This document shows positions 30,290 to 44,624 of a DNA stretch of 64,000 nucleotides, piece after piece. The translations under genes were made by a program, and so were the position numbers. This DNA comes from Octopus sinensis (Eukaryota): positions 98,022,001-98,086,000 of the forward strand of contig NC_043004.1 in assembly GCF_006345805.1 (NCBI RefSeq). Direction: 5' to 3'. Under the pieces are notes generated by a model. That model ran no database searches and was not told where the DNA came from. It saw only the letters and a program-made list of their open reading frames with translations. Position 1 is the first letter of the stretch. Each line of letters begins with the position of its first letter.

Positions 30290-30475
30290 TATTCCAAGGG
30301 AAGAGGAAGGTCAATTACTTTGATTCCAGTATTTAAATGGCACTGATTTTATCGACACCGAAAGGATTCGTGGCAAAGTCGACCTCGGCGGAATTTGAAC
30401 TCAGAAAGTAAAGACGACCTAAATATCACTAAGTATTTTATCCGGCGTGCTAACGGTTCTACCAGCTCGTCGCTT
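30290..30475 (-). mobile_element. SINE family A
   Basis: GGCAAAGTCGACCTCGGCGGAATTTGAACTCAG core and head. Confidence 0.8.
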
Positions 30476-30739
30476 TTGCACTAACGATAATTATCATCAT
30501 AATAATTTCAATTTAATTTTGTCCATACTGACGAGAGTTGAATGGGTCCACAGTGCAGCCTAACAATTCTTAATCATATCGTCTTGAGAAACCCAAGATA
30601 CTAAGATTACATTCTTCCACATATTATAATTGAATTCTTTGGTCTTTCTCAGCAATCATTACCTTCCATCATTCAGCATATATGTTCGTACACGTTGAAA
30701 CGCAAGCAGTATCCGACACCAATTTTCCTCTCAAACCAA

Positions 30740-30762
<23 letters not shown>

Positions 30763-30770
<8 letters not shown>

Positions 30771-30842
30771 TGGCTTGAGAGGAAAATTGGTGACGATGTA
30801 CATATATATATATATATATATGTATACATACATATATCTATG

Positions 30843-30875
<33 letters not shown>

Positions 30876-31287
30876 GTATGTATGTATTTCTTTGTGTATT
30901 TTTCTATCCACCAGTGCAGTGTTGATCACTCATTTTCATCGTTCGACATTTACGTATATACATATATCTGTGTGTGCGTGTACGTGTGTGTGTGTGTGTA
31001 CTTGTGTGCGTATGTGTATGTGTGTGTGTATAAAAAAACTTGTTAATACAAATTCGCTGTGTGCTGCGTTACAGTACTTAAAGGGAAAATGTATGGTAAA
31101 TAAACAAACGATATAATGTATACTGAGTGTACAACCGGACGGGAGGCAAACACAAAATGTCTTTAATTCTTCATCAGTTATCAACCGATTGGTAATACTC
31201 CGTTTCGCACCATCACTGATAAAACTGAGGGCTCTCATATGGGCTGTATACCTTTATATATATTCATGTGTGTATATATATATATTC

Positions 31288-31320
<33 letters not shown>

Positions 31321-31647
31321 CTCTTTCTTTCACTCTGTTACTTGTTTCAGTCATTTGACTGCGGCCATGCTGGAGCACCGCCTTTATTCGAGCAACTCGA
31401 CTCCGGGACTTATTCTTTTGTAAGCCCAGTACTTATTCTATCGGACTCTTTTGCCAAACCGCTAACCGCTAAGTAACGGGGACATAAACACACCAGCATC
31501 GGTTATCAAGCAATGCTAGAGGATCAAACACAGACACACAAACACACACACGCATATATATATATATATATATGTATATTGGCTTGAGAGGAAAATTGGT
31601 GACGATGTACATATATATATATATATGTATACATACATATATCTATG

Positions 31648-31680
<33 letters not shown>

Positions 31681-32095
31681 GTATGTATGTATTTCTTTGT
31701 GTATTTTTCTATCCACCAGTGCAGTGTTGATCACTCATTTTCATCGTTCGACATTTACGTATATACATATATCTGTGTGTGCGTGTACGTGTGTGTGTGT
31801 GTACTTGTGTGTGTATGTGTATGTGTGTGTGTGTGTATAAAAAAACTTGTTAATACAAATTCGCTGTGTGCTGCGTTACAGTACTTAAAGGGAAAATGTA
31901 TGGTAAATAAACAAACGATATAATGTATACTGAGTGTACAACCGGACGGGAGGCAAACACAAAATGTCTTTAATTCTTCATCAGTTATCAACCGATTGGT
32001 AATACTCCGTTTCGCACCATCACTGATAAAACTGAGGGCTTCTCATATGGGCTGTATACCTTTATATATATTCATGTGTGTATATATATATATTC

Positions 32096-32130
<35 letters not shown>

Positions 32131-32375
32131 CTCTTTCTTTCACTCTGTTACTTGTTTCAGTCATTTGACTGCGGCCATGCTGGAGCACCGCCTTTATTCG
32201 AGCAACTCGACTCCGGGACTTATTCTTTTGTAAGCCCAGTACTTATTCTATCGGACTCTTTTGCCAAACCGCTAACCGCTAAGTAACGGGGACATAAACA
32301 CACCAGCATCGGTTATCAAGCAATGCTAGAGGATCAAACACAGACACACAAACACACACACGCATATATATATAT
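30763..32375. repeat. Near-identical ~805-bp tandem duplication
   Basis: Units at ~30763-31570 and ~31571-32375; breakpoints lie in (TA)n tracts. Confidence 0.9.
31321..31554 (-). mobile_element. SINE family B, tail half (duplicated copy)
   Basis: Essentially identical to 32131-32365 but stops at the internal TA tract. Confidence 0.85.
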
Positions 32376-32555
32376 ATATATACATATATACGATGGGCTT
32401 CTTTTCAGTTTCCGTCTACCAAATCCACTCACAAGGCTTTGGTCGGCCCGAGGCTATAGTAGAAGACACTTGCCCAAGGTGCCACACAGTGGGACTGAAC
32501 TCGGAACCATGTGGTTGGTAAACAAGCTACTTACCACACACCCACTCCTGCGCCT
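32131..32555 (-). mobile_element. SINE family B, full length
   Basis: Head with tRNA-like boxes, CORE-like ACCTTGGGCAAGTGTCTT, internal TA/CA tract, tail ending TGAAACAAGTAACAGAG. Confidence 0.88.
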
Positions 32556-32739
32556 AATCAATATAAATGTGAGCCCGCTTTAAGTATACAAACTTTGTTT
32601 TTAAAGAAGTATACCTATCTATAAACAAATAATTCGGAATCTGCAGATACAATGTGGACATCTATCTACAACACATGCTGTGTCGTATTATTTCTTGTAC
32701 TTGGATTTCTGTTTAACATCAATATGCTCATGTTAATGT

Positions 32740-32940
32740 GAGACAGAATCGTTAATACACCGGACAAAATACTTAATAACATTCTGTCCGTCTTAACGTT
32801 CGGACTTCAAGTTCCACCGAGGTCGACTTACCATTTTATCTTTTCGGGGTCAATAAAATAAGTATTAATCAAGCACTGGGGTCGATATGAACGACTTATT
32901 TCCTCCTCGAATTTGCTGGCCTTGTGCCAAAATTTTAACT
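32740..32940 (+). mobile_element. SINE family A, diverged
   Basis: CCGAGGTCGACTT..TTTCGGGGTCAATAAAATAAGTA..GGCCTTGTGCCAAAATT. Confidence 0.75.
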
Positions 32941-34444
32941 AGTTTGAGTGAGACATGACAGTTTCTTTTAAAAGAACTCTAGTCAATTATTTACACAGCT
33001 CAGGCGCACAGTATTGGTTTATTTAGATGAAGAATAACTGTCTCTGTGACCTTTTGCTGGGATCTTGATAGATGTTGTACGGAAAGGTGAAAAGAAGCAT
33101 TGAATCTTTCAACAATATAATTCGTAAGGCATGTGGATAATTATTTACACAACTAGATGTCAGGTCTTGATTTATCTGGATGAGGGAAGACATTTTCTAG
33201 GTTCTTTTGCAAGGCCGTGAGATATGCAATAAGGAAAGAGTAATATAAATTACTGAAACGTGGATTAATATTGCAGGAAGTAATACAAATACATATCCAG
33301 TTATTGTTCTGAAGATCAAATTCAAAACCTTGCAACAGAGCTAACTCTTCTTCAGAACACTCGAGGCTAATTTAATTTGAAAATTTTTGTTAGGCAGTCA
33401 AACTACAATAAGTTGATTATGTTTGTTCGGAAACTGAAAGCGCTCATAAATTTAAAAAAGATAAAAGCTCAAGTAGAATCGAATCACACTACCCATGAAC
33501 TGCTGGTCAAAAATCTTATCCACTTGGTCATTTATCTGTGCTCCTACATAATACTGTGAAATCTAATAACAAAGAATTAGAATATGGTATTCAATTTACA
33601 TTGAGTTTGAATAATTTATAATTTAACAGCTTTTGTTATTGAACGAATAATTAGTAAAGGCTATAGCTTAAATTGAATACAATGTTTTGGAAATTCAAGA
33701 CAAAAGCATAAACCAAAATTAAACCACACTGAAAACATCCTTTCGCACGCAAAAAACAACAATGATGTTAATAATAAAATAATTAGTATAAAAACATATC
33801 GAAGCAACAACTTCATAAAATTGAAATTATAAAGAAATAAGACGAAACAAAAAGTCACAAACAAATACTAAACAATAAAACCACTGATGTTTCTATAAAA
33901 ATATGCACACTGACACCAAACTATTTCATTGACGATGACACAATAAATGGTAATGAAGCAGAATTAACAATTTTGGAACCAATATTCATCATATTTATTG
34001 CATTTCTAATGAGTTTTCTATGTTTTCTAATTATCAAAATAACATCGTCACCCATATGTATATCTTTGTTAAAACCATTGATTTTTGCGATATTATAGTA
34101 ATTCTATTATTAGAGAATAGACGTGAAATGACCGTATGGTTTAGTACCACAGTCTTTAAAATCTACTGCATTAATTTACCTCGCTGCTGGAGAAAGCTAA
34201 ATTAACAGATCTTCTGGGATTGCTACTTGTTATAAATTGGCATCATATCAGGAAGGTGAGTCATCTCCTAACTACTTAATGTTATAAAATCCTGAATTGA
34301 GTATCCATTTGACGAAACCATGAAGCTGAAATTGTTCTACAATATGCTAACGAACGTGTTTTTACCTGGCCGCTCATTTGGATAGGGATGACAGCCAAAT
34401 CTTACTCTTGACACACACTACCGCGTTTAAAGAAAGGAAGGATG

Positions 34445-34735
34445 CGTTGGCGTGGCTGTGTAATTAGAAATTTGCATTTCAACCGCGTGGCACCTGAGCA
34501 GGTGTATTCTGCTGTAGTATAGAGCTAATGAAATCCATGTGAGTATATTTGACAGACGGAAATTGAGAGAATCCCTATATACGTATATATTTACATACGT
34601 ACATACATACATAATACATATATACACATACATCTGTGTGCGCGCGCGTGTCTTCATGTTTGTCTTCAACCACGCTTAGCAACCGAGGTTGGTCTGTTTA
34701 CGTTCCTGTAACTTAGTGGTTCTGCAATTGAGATG
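34445..34735 (+). mobile_element. SINE family B, diverged
   Basis: GCGTGGCTGTGTAATTAG head, GGCACCTGAGCAGGTGT core, GTAACTTAGTGGTTC tail. Confidence 0.65.
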
Positions 34736-34799
34736 GTGTATAGGATATAACTGAGACAATTATAGGATATAAAAGATAAGAGGTACAATTTTGTCTATA

Positions 34800-35276
34800 A
34801 GTGTATTTTGACACACTCCGATGTTTACACACCGTCAGTTATACGTGGCTATGAGTAGAGCTCCGGACTTCAGTGATTTGAAAATCAGTGTCATCCAAAC
34901 AGAAAATATCGTCTACAAACAACTTTTGTAATCATATTGATACTGTTGATAGGAATATGATTCATAATTTAAATAAAGAAATTTGTAAACTTTGAATGTA
35001 TAAGAGCATAAACAAGTATAAAATAGTGTAAACAACTAAAATAAAAGTATATCTAAATAACATTTTCTTAATACTTTTTATGTAGTGGTTGAAGGGAAGC
35101 TCTGGCTTTCATTAGGAGTCGTCCACATAACCATTCATGATACATAGCCTGGGAGCCTATTTCAGTTCAGGAGTGAATCGTCCTCACATGTCACTTAGTC
35201 GCAAACACATGTAATATAGCTGCAATTGAATTATGTATCACCAACAATAATGTGATTTTTCTAAGACATCACCCAG
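34800..35276 (+). mobile_element. Helitron 3' fragment (second copy of the 7.6-8.7 kb family)
   Basis: VFTHRQLYVAMSRA..TENIVYKQLL*, then ~350 bp colinear with 8330-8660 and ending at the same boundary. Confidence 0.8.
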
Positions 35277-35522
35277 TAATTTACATACTGCTGTTATGAT
35301 TTCCTCCACTCATTTTATACCTCCATCGTTGATGGGTAGGTTTGCTTATTAATTGTTTACGTTATTACTGCAATTGTTGTTGTTGTTGTTATTGCCCAGT
35401 CCTAATACAGTCGTACATCGCATTGGTATTAAACAGCAACAACATCAATGAATCACTGAATGAGTTAATTGGAGGAGTGCGATTTTATCCGACTGTCAAC
35501 AAACTCACCGAAAACTACTCAC

Positions 35523-35722
35523 ACTCAATAAATCTCTCGGCCTTTTTTCGGCGATGCAACATTTGAAAACCCATCAGCGGGATCCCGAAATATAACATTG
35601 TGCACATATGACATGCTCTCCTGCATAAACCGCAACCGATCCTTGTTGTCCTTTGTTTTACTGATTTGTACCAACTTTATGAAATCTTCGTTCCCCCACT
35701 TCTCAAAATTAATTTTCAACTT
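35523..35722 (-). other. Candidate host-gene exon
   Basis: AG at 35724-23; frame KLKINFEKWGNEDF...SPKK; GTGAGT at 35522-17. A stop falls 2 nt before the donor unless one A is missing from the run at 35543-48. Product not recognised. Confidence 0.3.
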
Positions 35723-37699
35723 CTACATATAACAAAATACGCTTTAGGCTAACATCAAGAACTGCATATGTACTTTTGCAAATAGTCTGAGCATTGTTTA
35801 GCAAATCTGAGTTGTGTGTGGCATTCTTAAATATATATAAAATCGTTACCATATGTTAAACAATGTTTATTCACAATATTGTCGTTACTGATCTTATCAC
35901 TATTTCTCTGCTTTCGGCTAAATACTTCAAAGTAGTAGCAATTTCAAAAGATCACCCACAAGTTTTGCTTTATCAAGATTACATTGGATAACGATATCAT
36001 TTACTTAGTCAAAGTAGTTGAGATATGCCATTGTAAGCATTATGTGCATTTAATTAAGTTTCCAGACGTTTAAGAATTGTTGAAACAAGATCTAACATTA
36101 AATAAGAGCTCTCAGTATTCGAAATGTTCCATTTTATCACATTTAACAGGTAAAGAAAAGGAAAGGTAAATCTTAGCATAGGAAATAGTAACGCTCAAAG
36201 TTCTCATGTTGGGTTCCTTCAATCACTTGAAATAAGCTCTTCCTGTTCATGTAACACACTCCCAAGAGGACCTATACTGTCTAACTGGTCTAAACCTTTG
36301 CCTGTTCTGGCTTTATCCAAATCAACCTGGTATATATGTGGATATATCGCAGTTCATTCGAAGTGCGAGTCTTTGCAGAAGTAAAGCGTTTATGGCATTC
36401 TGTTGTAGAACAATTCCTTGTGAAATAAGTTTTACTTATATCTGATCGTTAAAGCCTGAAATTAATTTTAACAGGTTCGTCGACACTTTCTCACTTATTA
36501 GACCCACCCATAGTTTTAGCCTAGTTGATTGAAGAAATATCACCACTTAGGATTTACGAAAAGTGAACCTTTTATTGCGACTATTAAGTAACGATGTAAA
36601 TAATAGAAACTAATCTAATACAAAACAGCTTTTCTTCATACTCAGAGTCTGACTATTTAAATCAATTTTCGTCCTGGAAATCTGCGAAGAAATTTGTTTT
36701 CAAATTAGTTAACTTGTTCAAATTTCTAACAAATAAACAAATAATTATTGTTTAAATTATATACGTTTATACACCTAAAATACGTATCAAGCAATATATA
36801 TTATATTTGTTTAGCAACTTTCGATATTAAGCTGTCAAAATGAATATTTGAAATAGCTTGAGCAATATTAATTATAATTCATTACATTATATAAACCTAC
36901 TTGTATTTCCATAGGATTGAAAAGGCGTGAAAATTCTATTTTGCAAAAAACCTGGATCATTATTTTTTCAAGAAATAATACAACATCTGTTCTCTAATCG
37001 AAATAGTCACATAATATTTATTTTATTGAGATTAATATTTTTGAAAACAGAGTAAAATAGAAATGCACTTACAGTTAGTGAGCAATGTCCTTGGTTGCGA
37101 TTCCAGGGTATGCGAACCATGCAAAAAAATATTAAGATTATTGTTTGTTCCGTATCACTTGAAGAGTTCTTGAGAATTCGTTTTTCTTTCGACAACCATT
37201 TCAGCATAAACATATTAGCATTATGTCATATATTGTATCCTTGTTGCTTGATGTAAATAGTCACCATCATCACAAATATAATGAGAACTAAACTAGAAAT
37301 AAATATTACGTAAGTGTATTTTATACAGGTGATTTGTACACGATTTTAAATAATAGAAATACAGTCATTGCCACTTGTAACAACACATAATCATTTGTTA
37401 GGTGAGTCGATTTCAATCAATGTTTTCCATTGATTCATGCTTGAAATGAAAAATGGAGTAATTAGTTATTGAAAAACTGCTTGATATATAAAAGAGAACA
37501 AATAATTGTTGATGTTGTTGAAGGTGAAGGCGCTATAAATAGAAGATGGCAATTTAATTTGAAAAAGAAAAGCGTTGTATTGCCTACCCATCCCTAAAAA
37601 TAAAGAGCAAAAGTTGCGGTCGTCTTGTTGACGCCCACTACTTGTTCAGGTGTCCTTCATCATACTGTCGCTTTTCTAATTCAGTTTCTCACGGTCCTA

Positions 37700-38230
37700 C
37701 CAGTGGATCTTTCATCTACCACATTGTGTTTTATATTTTCTAGTCTATCACGATATCTTTTCTATCATTTATTCTTCCACACAGCCCATTCTATCAGTGA
37801 ATCTATCACTTTACCCTATTTATCATTTAATCTACTACATAATGGTCTCTACCATTTAGTATACAATTCAGTCAACCGCATTTATTTTTCTAATAGTTAC
37901 TCTACATAACTACACTTTATACAATTCAGTCTACCAACCTACGCTTCTAATGTATAGTTCTACCACATTTAGTCTGCTGCATTATTATTTCTATCATTTA
38001 GTCTTCCACTCTTCAATTTAACATTTAGTTTACCACACAACACATTCTACCAGTTAGTCTATCACACTGTCCTTTCTACCATTTAATTAACATACCACAC
38101 TTTCTACTATTTAGTTAACCACACTTTCCTTTCTACCATTTAGTCTACTATAGTAACCTGACACTCTGTTGCTTCTGCCGTGTATTCTGCCACCTACACT
38201 ATCCTTTCTGCCATTTTATATACTACACTA
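37700..38230. repeat. Degenerate minisatellite (TTCTACCATTTAGTCTACCACAC-like)
   Basis: Recurrent CATTTAGTCT/TCTACCA units. Confidence 0.7.
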
Positions 38231-38709
38231 TTCTTTCTACAATTCTGAGGTATTCAAAAGTAAAAATATTCGCCTTCTAATGAATTCTAAAAGCCAATAC
38301 AAATGTCCCCCATCTTGCACTAAAATTGAAGCTGTTGCGTTGCTCCAATTCTGCCTTAATCAAACTGACCTCGTATGAAATGCATTCTCACTTTCTTTAA
38401 TACATATCGCACTAAATTACACGAAGTGTCCTGTCATGATTATTGGATGTGGTTTTCAGGTATATTGGTAACTAATACGAACAGGTACAATGTTCATTTA
38501 GAGCTCTCCTTGTTTGCCTCTTCCATCTATACTTACAAACATACTGATAATCATATATAAGCAAATATACTCTTACTCTCTCTTTACTCTATTACTTGTT
38601 TCAGTCAATCATGAGAAAATCATGAGAAACAAAGCAGTTACTGAAAGTATTACGCGTGGATTAAAAACAACTATTATATCGGTTTCACTCGCTTAACTTA
38701 ATTCTGAGT

Positions 38710-38748
<39 letters not shown>

Positions 38749-38815
38749 ACATACTTCATTGACCACACTTAAAGATCACCAGTCTGCTCCCCACCCCCAG
38801 TCTCAGTGGTCTTAC

Positions 38816-38887
38816 TGCGTACTTGTCCACAATTTCAAATGCGTTTATGTTTGCGAACACTGTTAGTAGATATCGGTTGACACTATC
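38816..38887 (-). other. Candidate 72-nt phase-0 exon (DSVNRYLLTVFANINAFEIVDKYA)
   Basis: CAG at 38890-88 and GTAAGA at 38815-10; weak polypyrimidine tract. Confidence 0.22.
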
Positions 38888-39109
38888 CTGAGTTCATGGA
38901 ATATTTTGACAGGTCTTACTGTCATCGTATCAGCTTTACAGCAACCCTTGTCATAAAGAAAGCCGGTGGGAATGCTGGTTTAGTGCCGTTCAGATTATTA
39001 CGGAACAGATTGGACGGACATAGGATTACATGTTACCGGTAGAATTAATGATTGATATCACTGAATTACTTGCACACCCACCGCAAACCACACTCACACA
39101 TACACAAAG

Positions 39110-39150
<41 letters not shown>

Positions 39151-39733
39151 CACACACAGACATACACACACACAAATATAGATGGATCTCCGTCGGTTTC
39201 GACATTGAATATTTTACTTGCCCGATAAATTGAAATACCTGCTGAATGAGTTATATATTTGACTGAGGGTTCCATAAACAGTTTTACTCTAAGCATAATT
39301 CTCAGAAGAAAGTAAAAACAACATAACACGGGGTGTAACAAGAAAGGCCCTTTGTATTGCAGCTGCCGTCCATCTTATAGGCTTCCACTGTTATGTCTTT
39401 TACATTTTTTCTTCGGTAAATTGTTCGGGAAAGGCGATGCGCTCTTTCGGAATGCTGTATTGTTGTCATAGCTCTTAGGTGTTGTTTATCAATTGCCTGG
39501 AAGTCGATTATGCCTACACGTCGTTTTGCCTTGAAAAGATACCCACTTGCTCACAAAATGAGTTACTTTAGGTTTGTTGTTGATAGGGATTCTGTTATTG
39601 TTATTTGAATTTCCTTTTCCGGTACAACATATGTATAAAAGAAAAATAGCTTAGGATATTTTTCCCTTTCAAGAAATTCGAGAAACGTTTAAATATTCAA
39701 GACCTTTTGTTAGTCAGTGTGTATATCTGTGTG

Positions 39734-39798
<65 letters not shown>

Positions 39799-41659
39799 GT
39801 AAAAACATGTTTCCTATTAAATATTCCAGAAAGAAATTACCAACTAGGTTGAACTCTGCGAAGTGAAACCGTTTAGTTATGATGATGATGATGACGTGCG
39901 ATAGATGAAGGGATGTTATATTGAAAAATCGTTATAAGACTTCAGTTCCCTGAGAAAATTCGAAATGGCAGGCACCTAATCTCAGTTTTAGAATCGCTCA
40001 GGATTTCTACTGTATTAAAAGAAAAGAATTTTGGCAAAACATGCCTGACCCCATTAGCTACACCATTTAGGAATCTCTACAGATTCTGCAATCTAAGTGC
40101 ATATATGCACTTTAGTAACCACGCGCACCACACCTTCAAAAGAGAGCATAAGAGTAGTAACCGAGTCAACCGATTTGAATAGAACATAATAAATTCGAAC
40201 AGAACAAAACCACGCTTCAAGAAGGACTTGACCTTTCAAGAAATAAAAGAATTGATGTAACAGTTTGGGTTAGAAGAAACTGGAGCAAGTCCCGATAGTC
40301 AGGCTCTTACACATAGCCTACTTCTGAAGCACTCAGACTGTATATTTTGTCACGCTATTGTAGGTGTACACGTTGAATACGTCGATGTTGAATGCAATTA
40401 CATTTTTTCTAGCATCTATACAATTATGGCTAAGAAGGTTACTTTGTTAGTATTGGTAAAGGTGGGAATGGAAGTGATGGTGCTTTTATTACTGCTTTTG
40501 TTGTTATTGCTCTTATTTTCACTAGACATGTTCTTGTTTTTTTTTTTGTGTTGTTGCTATCAGGCCAGAGGTGATGGTGGCGGCCGTTGAGTGAGCTTTG
40601 CTAGAACATTTTCTTTTTAAACTATGGGCAGAAATGTGACGCTCGCTTGTATAAAAAGAATTTTCTCTGTCATTCAACACACCTTTCTCTGTTCGTGTTC
40701 CCCTACCACTCACACTTTCTCTAAGCCATGCCATTTTGTAAAATAGCAGTTTAATGACTTCTTTGAATTATTTTGGCTTCTTACATGTAGTGAGTGCAGG
40801 ATTTGTCTACAGAAAAATCTATCTAGAAGCTGGATTGGATCTTCCAGTATCAATTATTGTCAAAGCCATATTATCTTCCTTGAGATATAGCCTACCCAGG
40901 GATTGTCCCGAAAATCAATTAGGCCTGTGCTGCAAGGCAGAAGGTACACGTGTTTTATATCAAGATCATAAAGAATCAGGGAAAGTGGCTCTTTGAAGCA
41001 AATGAATTAACAGTGGTATCTGCACACTGCATAAGAAGAGACAATACCTTATTTAGAAAAAAACATCACCATTCCTAACTGAATCTCCTGTTCAAAGGAT
41101 AACTCACATTTGGGAATAAAATTAAATTACTTTGTCTTCAGTACCATCAACACCAGATGACATTAAAGGAGACACTGAAAAACAGATCCACCAACAATGT
41201 CATAGAGCACAGAGACGGACAGTGTCTCTGAGAAACCATTTTACTCCATTCCCGTGACAATGAGATATTGAAAACGTTTTCTATCCTTCTCTTGGAAAAA
41301 GTAGGAAATGTACAGTAGAATAGAAGGAGGGAGGATAAAAACGGATCTCCAACAAATAAAAAAAGAAAGCACAAAATGTTAAGAGTGCTTTAAGAGTTTC
41401 TTATCCACCTAGTGTGCATTAAGCTCACAATTGTCGTAAATAATTTTCAAGAGTTAATGGAAAACCCGAAGAGGCCAAACGGCGACTTTAATTTGTTAGA
41501 GGGTCAATGAGAGCTCAACAATTCAGGGCAGTGGTTTAACGGAACTGTGATAATGTTAGACTGGATGCCTTGTGGTATTTGTTCTGGTTTATATCTCACT
41601 ACGGCCTTCTATGGTGGAGGACTTTATCCGTCATTCGATTTAACATTACCACTTCCTAC

Positions 41660-41750
41660 CCAGTGTGCCTGTAATGTAGTCCTCTCTGACACAAGTATCT
41701 GAACCAGGTCTTTGAAGTCCTGTAAAACCTTGTAAGCACTGTCTTCTTAC
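41660..41750 (-). other. Candidate exon
   Basis: Acceptor GTTTTATGTTTTATTTTGGTCAG and donor GTAGGA; two open frames, neither recognised. Confidence 0.22.
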
Positions 41751-43351
41751 CTGACCAAAATAAAACATAAAACATTACTTTAATTTAGATTAAGGTTTTT
41801 AATACGATTCATGTGTGTATTGTTTCTCTCGTGCAAGAATATATGCACGAAACTCTCTATTTAATTTTTTACATTGTATGTATCTTTACAGTGTGATTTC
41901 GTGTCTGAAAATAATTGAGACGAATCATTTGTTTAGATTATTTAGGCTACTGTTTCCAGCAATGTGCCAATCACCTCTTCTCGGTATTTCTGAACGGACT
42001 GTTTTGAAACAAATGTAAATATTGCAAATGGTCATAAAACAATGTCAAGACAACAGACTCTCCAACCTAATAAAATGATGTGGATTCTTAATTAAGCTGA
42101 AAATCTTCGTCAATATTTCTTAATGAGAAACGGGCTACTAAAGAATTTATATCAATAAAAAAAGTAGTATTTTGCAATTCTTTAGGGAGATCTACGAAAC
42201 ACGACTATTCATGAAGAAAACAACAATGCATCGTTCGTTTTTATTAGCCAGAAGAGCTAAAGAGAGTATAAAAAGGCGAAAAACGTTAGACTGAGACTTA
42301 CAAAGAACTTGTGGGATGAGAGTGACAAGTAATAAAAACAAGAGGCGGGGTAAAAGACTTTGTATGATATATTTGATGAAACGAGTTAAAATTGTAAAAA
42401 GTACACAAATAGTTATATGAAAAAACATAATAAAACGCGATAACTAAAACACTATAAATATGTTACAATTAAACGTCCACTTCCGTTCATGATATCACGT
42501 GATTGTGACTTCTCTCCGTGCCTTCTTTATGTTATTCTTACAATGCTAAATTCTGGTGATTCCAAAACCATACACGAAGAGCTACTTGGTCAAAGTGAGC
42601 GAGAAAAGACTCCTGTAGGTAGATTACATGTATAAGTTTTAAAAATATTGTAGAAAATTTCCTATAATTTGATCCTATTTTCAGTGCGGTAATTCCTTCC
42701 CTTGGCTCGCTCTCTTGCAGTTTATATACGTGTTCTACTACAGTTCCTCTTCACGGCACACAGCGCATATGGCAAAACACTTCAGAATATCTCTCCAAGC
42801 CTTTTACGTTTCGAGTTCACATCCTACTGAGGTAAACTTTGCCGTACAACCGTTCAGGTTGATAGAATAAAATACAAGTTAAATGTTATTGTCGATGTGA
42901 ACGACATTTCATTCTCTTCAAAATTGCGTGTGTAATAATAATGATCATTATTATCAGGTTTTACAACATAGATACAAAAGTATAAAATTTTGAGGAAGAC
43001 TACAGTAGACTGAAGTTTACCTTATAGATTGCTAGGACTCCGAAAATATAAGGTTAGTCAATATCATGAATAACTTGGTCCGATAACAGTCCAGCGTCTA
43101 TTGTTATAATAATGATGTCTGTCGTAAACAAACATCCATATATAAAAGGTGTGGTAAGCTGTAGTAGATTTGATCATAATCAATAATAGGGAGTCTTTGT
43201 TGGTGGGGCGGGGTATCGATTCTGGAGAGCGTGAAAAGTATAAAGTAGAATCCTGGTGTAATTTGAACTGAGATTGTGAAAGAAGGTGTGTAAATGCGAC
43301 GAGAAATTTTGTGAAGCATTCAACTAAATTACGCATTCAGGATGCAAATAT

Positions 43352-43362
43352 TAATAATAATA

Positions 43363-43395
<33 letters not shown>

Positions 43396-43500
43396 ATAAA
43401 AGCAATGACTACGACAATACTAATATTAATAATAACAGTAGCAGCAGCAACAGCAACATCAACAACAGCAGCAACAACAACGGCAACAACAACAATAAAA
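43352..43500. repeat. (GAT)/(AAT)/(CAG)/(CAA) compound triplet repeat
   Basis: Directly visible. Confidence 0.9.
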
Positions 43501-44107
43501 ATAATATTAATTTTTGTTTCTTTTATGCAAGTCATGTAGGGTAGAGTTAAGTGACTTTCTCGTGGCCATAATGCAAGGACTGCAGTACGATGCAGTGATA
43601 ATAATCACAGCATCAACATAACCATCATCATCATCATTATCATAATCATTATTATTATTGCTATCGTAAAAACTAACAAAAAAAACAACTACATTGACAA
43701 TAAACACACAAAATGCATTCCTTTACACCCATGTAATAACAACAACCACCTCTAGAATCCCTACAAATACCAAAACATTATTAACAATATAACATAATAT
43801 AACAACAGCAAAAAGAATTCAAATGTAAAGAAACACACAATAAAAGAAATGAAAAACTTCCTCTAAAGGGAAGTGCAAAAAAATATTATTGATAGTTATA
43901 ATGCAGAAATTTCTCTACCACTTCTCTCATCCACTCCCTCTCCATGCAGACGTGCGCTGAGTGCAGAAATGCTTATTACCACACTATAATTCAGTGCATA
44001 TGCAATATGGATAGATGCATTAAAGATGCAAACTGAAGTAGGTGAATGCAAAACTATGAATACGAGTTTCGAGTTCTAAAAGCAAGCTGGTGGAAGAATG
44101 CAGCAGC

Positions 44108-44113
44108 AATAGT

Positions 44114-44209
<96 letters not shown>

Positions 44210-44240
44210 AATAATAATAATAATGATAATGATAATAATA

Positions 44241-44271
<31 letters not shown>

Positions 44272-44308
44272 TAATAATATAATGATGATGATGATGATGA
44301 TGATGATA

Positions 44309-44374
<66 letters not shown>

Positions 44375-44587
44375 TTGATAATGATAATAATAATAATATT
44401 GATAATAATAATAATAATATTGATAATAATAATAATAATGATAATAATAGTAATAATAATAATGATAATAATAATAATAATGATAATGATAATAATAATA
44501 ATACTAATAATGATAACAATAATAGTAATAATAATGATAATTATTATTATTATAATTGTGATAATAATAATAATAGTAATAATAATC

Positions 44588-44624
<37 letters not shown>

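Noticed and set aside
40522-41374. ORFs 40522-40734, 40754-40996, 41147-41374 and a 56-nt in-phase exon at 40785-40840
   Set aside because: No recognisable motifs, and the small exon has a purine-rich acceptor; consistent with chance.
42552-42627. Possible plus-strand first exon MLNSGDSKTIHEELLGQSEREKTPV
   Set aside because: Weak donor (GTAGAT), no partner exon and no recognisable homology.
43311-43544. Acidic ORF containing DDDDYK, resembling an epitope tag
   Set aside because: Product of a (GAT)n repeat, not DYKDDDDK; no vector context.
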